The position numbers and the translations under genes are program-made. 64,000 nt of DNA. Origin: Tubiluchus corallicola. Its lineage: Eukaryota; Animalia; Priapulida. The notes beneath the pieces are model-generated. The model saw nothing but the letters and a program-made list of their open reading frames with translations. It did no database searches and had not been told where the DNA came from. How positions within the stretch are numbered: position 1 is the stretch's first letter; each line of letters opens with the position of its first letter. Below, in pieces: positions 24,239-64,000 of the stretch. The stretch lies in the NCBI GenBank assembly GCA_030141605.1, contig JAQGDQ010000315.1:124001-188000 (forward strand), in the 5' to 3' direction.

Positions 24239-25876
24239 ATGCACACTCCAATTATTGTACTAAATGAGAATGTGAAAAGGGAAAGTGGACGGAAGGTTCA
24301 ACTTGGAAACATTCATGCTGCAAAGACAATCGCCGATGTGATTCGAACATGCTTGGGGCCAAGAGCTATGTTGAAGATGTTGATGGACCCTATGGGTGGG
24401 ATTGTTATGACTAATGACGGTAATGCTATTCTTAGAGAAATTCAAGTTCAGCATCCAGCTGCCAAATCCATGATTGAGATTAGCAGAACACAAGATGAAG
24501 AAGTAGGTGATGGCACCACGTCTGTCATTATTTTGGCTGGAGAAATGTTATCTGTGGCAGAACAATTTCTAGAAGAGCAGATGCATCCAACTGTTATCAT
24601 TCAAGCATACAGACAAGCATTAGAAGACTTACTTGCCTTGCTTAAGGAAAAGTTCAGCAAAGATGTTGATATCAACGACAAAGATGAGATGATGAAGATT
24701 GTGAAAAGTTGCATTGGTACCAAGTTCATTGCAAAATGGTCAGATCTTGCCTGTAATATTGCTTATGAGGCGGTAAAAACTGTATCACTGGAAAGTTCTG
24801 GACGACGAGAAATTGACATAAAAAGATATGCAAAAGTTGAAAAAGTCCCTGGGGGCACCATAGAAGAATCGAAAGTGCTCAATGGTGTAATGATTAATAA
24901 GGATATTACACACCCCAAGATGAAAAGACGAATAGAAAATCCCAGGATTCTGCTCCTAGACTGCCCGCTAGAATACAAGAAAGGTGAAAGCCAAACAAAC
25001 ATAGAGGTGATGAAAGAGGAGGATTTTTCCCGGATCTTAGAATTAGAAGAAGAGCACATTCAGAAGCAGTGTGAAAGCATTATTCAGCTTAAACCTGATC
25101 TTGTTATTACTGAAAAAGGAGTGTCTGATTTGGCGCAACATTTCCTGGTCAAAGCAGGCATTACAGCTATTCGTAGAGTCCGCAAGACGGACATGAATCG
25201 AATAGCACGCGCGTGTGGGGCAAATATTGCTAGTCGTACCGAAGAAGCAAAAGAAGACGATTTAGGAATAGGAGCAGGGCTGTTTTATATTGAGAAAATC
25301 GGTGATGAGTATTTTACTTTTATAACAGAATGTAAAGATCCAAAAGCTTGCACGATCCTACTAAGAGGAGCAAGCAAAGATATCCTTAACGAAGTAGAAA
25401 GAAATCTGCACGATGCACTTCATGTTGCTCGCAATGTAATGGTTGAGCCGAAGCTGGTTCCAGGTGGCGGTGCCGTAGAAATGGCCCTCGCAAATGAGCT
25501 GAATGAGAAGGCTAAAGCTATCACTGGAATCCAACAATGGCCATACAGAGCTGTCTCAAAGGCTCTTGAGATAATACCAAGGACGCTGATACAAAACTGC
25601 GGAGGCAATATCATTAGGACCCTCACAGCTCTTCGAGCCAAGCATGCTGGAGGTAGCAACTGGACCTGGGGTATAAATGGTGATGCGGGGTCAATAGCAG
25701 ATATGAATGAGTATGGAGTATGGGAGCCTATGTCTGTGAAAGCCCAGACACTGAAAACTGCCATTGAAACTGCAATCTTACTCCTCCGTATTGACGATAT
25801 CGTATCCGGGCAAAAGAAGAAAAAGGATGATCAACCGCAGGTGTCACAACCCACTGAAGAAAGCAAAGATGATTAA
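24239..25876 (+). CDS. CCT3: T-complex protein 1 subunit gamma (CCT/TRiC chaperonin), 545 aa, intronless CDS
   Basis: Single ORF from ATG 24239 with RTCLGPRAMLKMLMDPMGGIVMTNDGNAILREI, GDGTTS, EYKKGESQT and a QQWPYRAV motif characteristic of the gamma subunit. Confidence 0.98.
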   Translation: MHTPIIVLNENVKRESGRKVQLGNIHAAKTIADVIRTCLGPRAMLKMLMDPMGGIVMTNDGNAILREIQVQHPAAKSMIEISRTQDEEVGDGTTSVIILAGEMLSVAEQFLEEQMHPTVIIQAYRQALEDLLALLKEKFSKDVDINDKDEMMKIVKSCIGTKFIAKWSDLACNIAYEAVKTVSLESSGRREIDIKRYAKVEKVPGGTIEESKVLNGVMINKDITHPKMKRRIENPRILLLDCPLEYKKGESQTNIEVMKEEDFSRILELEEEHIQKQCESIIQLKPDLVITEKGVSDLAQHFLVKAGITAIRRVRKTDMNRIARACGANIASRTEEAKEDDLGIGAGLFYIEKIGDEYFTFITECKDPKACTILLRGASKDILNEVERNLHDALHVARNVMVEPKLVPGGGAVEMALANELNEKAKAITGIQQWPYRAVSKALEIIPRTLIQNCGGNIIRTLTALRAKHAGGSNWTWGINGDAGSIADMNEYGVWEPMSVKAQTLKTAIETAILLLRIDDIVSGQKKKKDDQPQVSQPTEESKDD

Positions 25877-28703
25877 TCATCAAGCATTTTTTATTTTGTC
25901 ATCCTTTTTTCAAGTTTATCACTGATTGTTGTGCACTAATATACACTTGCATTCTGTAAATGCTTTTGCAATTATGCGTTATAAACGTTTCTATTTCAAC
26001 GGACTTCAGTTAATGTCAGTGAGCTCGATTTAGCATTTGCAGTCAGTGCTATTAGAAGACAAAGTTTATTTTACAGTGTTAACGCATGCTGCACGGCAGA
26101 ACCATTGGTACAATACTTGCAATGTCAATTGACTTGTCAAGATAACATCGGGTCGATTGTTTGGAAATGAATTGCGTACTGAAACATTTTGACTCACTCC
26201 TTGCAGAATTTCGTTGTTCTTTCGTGCAATATAATTTCCAATTTAAATGGATTATAATATTTTCTGTGATTGTTCGATTGCTTGTGTTACCTAATTTTCA
26301 TTTCTCGCCTTAGAATTCAGTGACTTTGGTTTCTTGGCAGGTCCGTGTAATGTACTTCATGTCATTGTGCATGAAATCAGGAGTCTTGTAATTATGTACT
26401 GGCAGTAGCGACTAAAGGTTTTAGGTACTTTCGGAAAGCTCTTTTCCACTTAAATGTTTCTGCATGAAAAAAGTCTTCATTCAATCTTATTTCCAACACT
26501 CCGTAATAGCTAGAAAATTCGCACTGATCACCCGGTGATCTAAAGTTTCTATTCCTGCGACGGACAATGGCTCGACAAAAATGCCCGGAATCATTCCAGT
26601 AATTAAAGAAAGTAGGCTTAGTACATACACGGTGCAGAACGATATTTAGTTTCAACTATATTTCACGAATGAATTCTCGCATCGTATTCAAGTGCATAAA
26701 GTTGCCATGGTAACATTTAGTTAGCCAGTCTGTCACATAAATAATTGAATTTTTAATAATTTGTTGAATAATGACAAATAAAATACAGAAAATAAATTCA
26801 CATGCAAAACAAGCATGTACTGCACACATGTACATGTAATTACAGTACAATATTTATAAATTAATGTACAGTCGTTTGCTCTGGGTTTTAGTTACACCAC
26901 CTCCAAAAAAGTAAGCAGCATCGTCTTGAACTGGCAATGTCACATAAATTTAATATATTAATGTGAACCATCAAATTATGTGAGAGTTGTTCCTTTCCAA
27001 AACATTAAATTCATTAATGTGATAATGTGTTTAACACTAAATAAATGAAAGATGTAAAACAAATTAAATACAAATTAATTGGCAAAATAAGGTAGAAGAC
27101 CAGTGTTGTGAAAACAAGTAATAAAGATTTTAACTTGAGTTTTCAAAAGGATCATAACTTCTTTTAGCAATAATTTTGGGTTGAATCTTGCAAGTAAACT
27201 CATGAAATATAGCAAAACTTGGTAGAGTGCAGCTTAAAATAGAATGAGCTATTATACGGTCAGAATATCAGAGAGTTCCCAAAAACTTTTAGATATTTGT
27301 TAGTTTTTCTACCATTTTGCTTGAAATCAAACGTAGAGTAAAAAAAATAAGAGAATGTTGCTATAACTTGCCATGATAAACTTGTAGGAATAACAATTCC
27401 TTTCTTAAATAAATGTAACTTGCATAATTTTCATGCATTATTTCTGCGTATTTTGTATCCATTTAATGTAGAGAAAATTGCTTGAACGAAAATCAAATTT
27501 GCTGTTTTATAGCAATGTCAGTTTGGTTTTATTTCTTGGCAGACTGTCTGTGTAACTGTACAAAGATAATGTAACAGATTTACAATACTATATAATATAT
27601 ATTACAGTACCACTATACAGTATAGCAAACATGGTTTATTGCATACGTATCAGTGATATGAAATCACAAAAAGAACGAACTTTCAACATTCATTGAACTA
27701 CATAGTATAATAGCTTCGAATACAGAATACTCTATTGTGTATTGCAGACTTTTTATTGGGTCCCATTGCGTGCATTACTATATACCTAAAAGTTTTTATC
27801 GTGTACTTCACATTTGTCAGCTGTTCCCAAATTTAATGTGTCATCCCTGGTGGGAACAAAACAGTTGTTGGATATGCGGCATACCTGCGTTGTTAACATG
27901 TCGTATCGAAAGGTGATTTTCTCTACCACCTGTATAAAAATAATGAATCACTCAGTGGGTTGGCACCCAGCTGTTTTAAGCGCTGACTGGACACTCCTGA
28001 GATGTTCTATACTGTTGCTACTTGGTTGCAAAAACTTATACAAGAGATAACAGAAATTTTGTGCAAACAAAATTGACTGACCGACTTCTGAATCTCATTC
28101 AAAATACTCAACATTTCACATAAATTTACAATTGAATGTGTACACACAATTTAATATGAAACGTTCAGTAATTTTTAGTTTACTAAAGTTACATAATGAC
28201 TATACTGCGAAGTAGTTGATACTTGATAGCATGTTCTGAAAGTACTTTACATTCTTTATGAAGCCACATATTGTACATTATTCATACGCTGATTATTAGT
28301 ACGTGCTTATCTATCTAGTAATCATATACATATGATAAAATGCTGAACATTAGATAAGATTTAGTTAACTTAGTTGGTCACATTTAGTAATTCTGTACGT
28401 GCTAAAAAACGATAAGCAAATAACGACGTAACATTTTCGACAAGGGTAAGGTACAACAGTTCAAAACAGAATGCATAATTATGGGAAGTTCAGTATAAAA
28501 AAACTAAAAACAAGAAACACTATGGTACAAATAGTAAAGCATACAAGTATCCTGTTTGCTGTGGCAACAGCAGGTCCAACACGCGATACGTTTTGTTAAA
28601 ATCCCATTCAAATATTTGTGACATATTCACTCAAATTGAACGAATAAGTAATGTGGACCTTTGCTGTCACCACACATGAGTATACACCGGGTATCACACC
28701 AAC

Positions 28704-58639
<29,936 letters not shown>

Positions 58640-58699
58640 TGCAACTTAAAAGAGGATATATAATACTAACACTGTAAAATAATAATTTGAGTTTGTCTT

Positions 58700-58800
58700 T
58701 TTGCGAGTTTCTTACACTTTTGAATATTGCGTTATTCGCTCAGCCAATCAAAGACGTTTATAAGGTTGTAGTGTCATCTATTGGCGAATTTACGGTTCTA
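58700..58800. promoter_or_regulatory. Candidate KIF11/TEX261 bidirectional promoter with a CHR-like site and two CCAAT boxes
   Basis: TTTGAA at 58719-58724, CCAAT at 58744-58748, ATTGG at 58780-58784; lies between divergent ATGs ~1 kb apart. Confidence 0.5.
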
Positions 58801-59661
58801 CTTAATTGTGGTTTATTTCCTAATAGCCAGAGCCAGAGCGCAGGAATAGATCCTGCTCGCTTGCAGGCAATAATAATCATTGTCACGTAGTTTTAGTTTC
58901 TTGTCATCCTTAGCTGTTCGAGTAACTTTTGTAATTTTTTATGTAACAGTAATCATCAGTAACATGAAAAGGGTACTAAGTCCTATGGCTATCAAACTTA
59001 GAAATAAAGTAGATATCATTACTGTTATAGCAAAGAAGTCAATTTTTTTAATAATCATTTTTGATCAAGGTCTAGTTTGGCCAGATCGAGGAGTCCATAG
59101 ACAATTAAATACTAGAGGGCATGAAAGTATTGGCATGACGAGTTATGAGATATAACCAATCATTATGAGGTACTGTACATTGAATCAGCATTGAGCAAGT
59201 TAAAAATATTTATGAAAACTCTGGGTGAAAACATAATAATTAATGTAAAATAAACTGTAACCGAATATGAAAATAAACAATTATACAATTACAAAAGAAC
59301 ACAAAATAATAGCGTGAAATATTATCTTTTAGTCTTTTTAGTTATTACTAGCACCACTAAAGCTTTGATGAACTTTTTGTCACATTCTAAGTTCTAACAC
59401 TATTGCTGTACTATTTTTTTAAAAGACAATACGCGCCATAATTAGCCTATAAGGATGAATTCACATTAGTTTTATGAGTGACCATCAGATGGCGCTGAAT
59501 ATGTTCCGAATGATGCAGTAGTGGTTACCAGTCAGTCCCACTAATTAAAAATGTGAAATTTGTGAATAACTATAATTATGCATTATGTGTTTAAAGACTA
59601 ATGATGTAGTCCTTTAGAGTTTTTGTAACTGCTTCATCTAATGCTAGTTGGATTTATTATC

Positions 59662-62161
59662 ATGTTGTTTTTATGGCTTTTGAGTTGGATTGGACTGCTC
59701 GTGCAGCTGCTGTTTGTGACGTTGTCAATAGGCAAGTTTCAGTGTAATACCTCCAATACACTGCATACTGTTACAACTGTACAATTTAAAAAGAAATTGA
59801 AAAAGATTCCAATAAATAGCATTTGTTAAGTATGACTTGAATCAGCTTTAAGTATCTTATAAAAGAAATTTCCCTTTGGAGTAGCATCCCATTATGTGTT
59901 GATGCAGTTGCAATTTTAAAGCAAACTGTCACATTGGCATGATCAAGCGCTGTGTTATATCGATACATGCAGCTGTAATTATCTCTATTGATAAAGGTGT
60001 TGTTTGATTCATTTTGGAATATGCATCGATTGTATGTAATCCCTGTATGCTACTCTCAAGAATACCCTTGAAAGAACACAGGATTGATGTATTCGCATAA
60101 TTGTTGATTTGGATCTCTTTGATTCCTACTTTTGAGCAAAGACAAGAGGCCTTTCACCTTCTCAACTGCTTTAAAGTAATTAGTGGAAACACCGTTTTGA
60201 CAGAGGCAGACTTTTTTCTGGCCTCACAGAGTTTCCATGGTCATGAGTCTAAATTATTTGTGCAAACAGCTAGAACCAACGTCAGATCTCACTTGTTTGG
60301 GTATCATATCATTCGACAGTTTCAAAAGGCGTTTGAGAGAGGACTGTTTACAGTTAGCTGCCATCTAGATTCTTATTTCTTTGGATAAGATATTCTTGGA
60401 AAAGGTATTATTCATGTAACAGTGAGCGTTTCCGTTTCTGATCACATTTTCGTTAGTAGCTACCAGGTAGTGAGTGCCTCTCCATGGTGAATGTTAGCCA
60501 GCTGATCAGTTTTTTGATTCTAATCAGTTTTTATCTGTTGAGTATATGCAGCCAGATCCTGCTTTGAAAATCTGTGAGTGAAAATTGAGACACAAACTGA
60601 CGAAGAACACAGTGACATGATCTTGCCACTGGGCACAATGGGCACCATAATTATCCTGGAGTTCATCTAAATACCCAAACTCAGTTCAAATATAACTAAA
60701 GTTTCTAGCAACAGTTAAGCTGGTCAGACAGTTTATGAATTTATGATTTATTTACTTGACACTGATTTTGTTAAGTTCAGTACTTACTCTTCTGTTTGAA
60801 ACCATTTGAAACCCATAAATCGGAAATCAATATGCTAACTTTGAAACTCATAAATCAAAAATTAATTTGCTAACTCATCATAACTCATGATAAATGCACA
60901 TTAAGTTATTCTGTTAAATTGTGTCAAATTGTATTATCTTTAATTTCAATGTCTGTACCTGCCCTGCCCGGCAGCGCATAGTACATCTATTAACTCGAGA
61001 TAGGGGTGTTGATTTGGTAACCATTTGTCCTTCTGCCACCCCATCTTCTCTCCATATTTATTTTAGTGATTCTTGTCTTAAAATGAAAAAGACAAATAAA
61101 TTTTTACTTACATACTTACTGATGGCATGTTATAAATTTTAGGAGAGTTAGCAAGTTAGCTTATAGCATTTTAAAATATGATTGAAGCAATTTTGGCTCT
61201 GAATAGGCCTACGTAGAGATGTGGCTTTCTTGTTCGTGTTTTCCACTTCTAGGCCTGTAACGATGCATCATGATATGTGTATCATCAAAGTCCAACAGTA
61301 TCGTGATAATTTGAATCAATGATATTTACCAAATTAACGTGCGCTTGACTGTATACAGATAAAAATGATGTGAAGTAATTCAAGCTGCATCAGTAGAGTG
61401 TACTGTAGGTGCATAAGAATCAGTGCAGTGAGCAGTAGTTGACTTTTAACACACAGTCTCTACTAGCAGCCAAAGTGGTTTAAAATGCTTAATGTTTGAT
61501 TTGTAGTAGGTTTATTATATCGTTTACATATAACTTGTGAAATTGCAAAAGTGAACCAGAAAATGCATGAGCAAATTTTAAATTTAACGTATTGCTATGT
61601 TTTGTTTTTCTTTTGGCTTACAGTGCTCATAATAGCCTACACATTATGCAAGTAATAAATAAAAATCAAACTTTTGTCGAGTTACTTTACCATTTACCAA
61701 TCCTACAACTGTTGATTGATGAAATACATTTAACATTTATTTTCAACGACTTCATCTAGTTTTTTTTTTGTAAAACCTGTGATCATTATCTCAGGTGTAT
61801 CGTATTATGTATTATATCATGAGGCTAGTATCGTGATATGTATTATGTATCGTACCATGATCTAGGTGTATCATTATAGCCCTAGTCAATTCTAATTTAC
61901 TAGGATCTGATAAAAACAGCCAAAATAGTAGAAATTATGTGCTGAATAACAGAGTTTGGGTTAAGTTGGATTATCAAATTTATAGACAACAGATGAAAGG
62001 CTAGATGGTTATACCGTGTTTTGATACTTTTGAGACAAAAATAAGTCAATTTAGTCATAATAATTATTTCTGGTATTACAGCTGCAGGTCTTTACTACTT
62101 GGCAGAAATAGTAGAAGAATTTGCCACAACCACAAGTAAAGTTATTCAAGGGATGATTTTT
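59662..62161 (+). CDS. TEX261: TEX261 (Svp26-family membrane protein), first two coding exons; probably continues beyond the window
   Basis: 59662-59731 MLFLWLLSWIGLLVQLLFVTLSI and 62082-62161 AAGLYYLAEIVEEFATTTSKVIQGMIF, the family signature. Joined by a GC-AG intron. Confidence 0.9.
60150..60390 (+). mobile_element. CR1-group LINE 3' fragment
   Basis: ORF 60101 translates ...FHGHESKLFVQTARTNVRSHLFG, similar to the RGH..KL....R...R..FFS motif. Confidence 0.55.
61250..61884. mobile_element. hAT-like MITE
   Basis: taggcctgtaacgat ... atcattatagcccta termini with repeated gtatcgt/gatat subterminal motifs. Confidence 0.5.
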
Positions 62162-64000
62162 GTAAGTATTAAAACAATCAGTTTACTTTGAACTTTTGTT
62201 ATTCATATTAAATATTGTTAGTTAACGTTATTTTTAAGCATTGACATGAACATTGACATTAACTATATTTGTCCTTGTATCCACCAAACACTGCTTGCAT
62301 AATTCTGAAGGTTAGTTTCTAGTTATACAGGAGAAAAAGTTTTAAATTGTGTTTCAGATATTGTAGATATTTCAGATATTCACTCTATAAATATTGAGCA
62401 AATAAATATATCAGCTTTTGTAAATTGTTTTTATTGTCATTTAACAGCAAACAAAAAAAAATTGCTAAAAGTTGCAAGTGAGTAAATATACTCATTGTTA
62501 GAGGCTGAAGTTGAGTCAGTTGCTACTACATCAGCTGATTCACACAGTAAATCAGCTAGCTCGGTTGAAGTTGAGTGACTTTTCAGCTTAGTTGGCTGAA
62601 AGAAAAAATCAGCTGTCAGCTAAAGCTGTTAACTAAATAAAAGAAAATTTTTAGTAACGGTTTAATTTTGGAGACAAATTTTTTAAATAATTTGTGTGGC
62701 TTATCACAGAAAAAACCTGATGTACAAATTCAGATAATACATTAAAGATCAATTTTTTATTATTATAAAAAAGCAATGGATTTAGTTCTAATATAATTTA
62801 AATCCAACTGATGGCGAGGCTTGTCTTGATTACCGACAAATCAATACCCATACGTGTGACCATTGTTGCTTATTTGCATATTTAATTTTGAATTGATTGC
62901 TTTCTCATTCAAAAATTTCTAAAGTTTAGTATCTCTGCCAGCACACGCACAATCTGACCGCGAATCTGCAATGCGTTTGCCATATTTCAACCAGTGATTT
63001 CGTCATCATCATATGCCCGTTTTGTCAATTGTAGACATTGAGCAGGCAGAGCTCTAAAATAAAAGAAATTTGCCATCAGGACAGGTAAAAACAGCAGTAA
63101 TGCAGCAAAAAACTAGACACTGCTATGCCAGTGGCTTGTTCACAAGAGCAAAAATCTTCGCATCTGGTGAAAATGTCGGCTAGCTTGACTCCCATCACTA
63201 AGTGGCTGGCGCAACTAAAGTTGCGTTTCTTATCAGCTAGGTGGCTCTGGCCCTGCCTATAGATAGGCAAACAAATCATTATGTAACAAATTGTTATCAT
63301 ATTATAAAAAATGACCCAGGGAAGGCCAATCTAAGTACCATTCAAACCTAACACTGGAACCCCAAGGAATTTTCCTCCCGACCTCATTAAGTAAGTACTA
63401 AAATTGCAGAAATGTAAGCTCTTATTTGGAATAACGTGTGGTTATTTGGTACTGGAAGAACGTGTGAATATTTCAACATATGTGTATTTCCAAGGATTCA
63501 GAATTTGCATCTTTGATACCTTATAAAATTTATTATATAAAAGATTTTGCACAATGTAATACATTTAGTCAGATTTACTTGTATTTATGCATGTAATTTT
63601 TTTTAAATTTGGCAGAAGTTGATATGAAAATGATTTGCCAAATTTTGTTATAGTATTAGGAGATAGGAGTGCTGATACTGGCACTTTTTTCCCTTTGACC
63701 GCTGATACCTAGTGCGACAGTTTCATTCTAGTTTTACAAACATGAGTACACTCATATCTCGGTTTGCCAGAAAAAAAGCGGGGAGGCGTCGGTCTGAATT
63801 TGCCAACACTAAGCTAATATAGTAAGTGCAGTGTATTAGACTCAGGTTAATGTACAATCAATCGCCTAATTGTTTCAAAAACATCTAGTACGGGCCGTTC
63901 CTGATATACAAGCTACACACACGTCGTTACACGCTACTTGGTTGCACGGCTCACCAATGAGCGGTCAGCTCACGAAACAACGGACACGGTCCAGATTTTG

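Noticed and set aside
24260-25764. Antisense ORFs inside CCT3
   Set aside because: Shadow ORFs of a coding strand, with no recognisable motifs.

Overview
AT-rich genomic DNA from an invertebrate animal, with spliceosomal introns and many transposon remnants. An ascidian or other invertebrate deuterostome is plausible but unproven. Most short ORFs in the track are noise. Five protein-coding genes were assembled by hand from splice sites. (1) The 5' part of an FBXW4-like F-box/WD40 gene (-). (2) A 6-exon Serpentine/Vermiform-type chitin deacetylase-like gene (+; CBM14 + LDLa + CE4 domain) whose catalytic and metal-binding motifs are degenerate. (3) An intronless CCT3 (+). (4) A complete 22-exon KIF11/Eg5 kinesin-5 (-). 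(5) The first two coding exons of TEX261 (+), head-to-head with KIF11 and joined by a GC-AG intron. The non-coding DNA holds a 5S-rRNA-headed SINE with an RTE-derived body and tail nested in a TTAA-targeting MITE, plus Kolobok-, piggyBac-, pogo- and hAT-like MITEs, LINE 3' fragments and satellites. One minisatellite is built from about 20 copies of a 3' splice-site sequence. All coordinates and family calls were made by eye, with no database searches.
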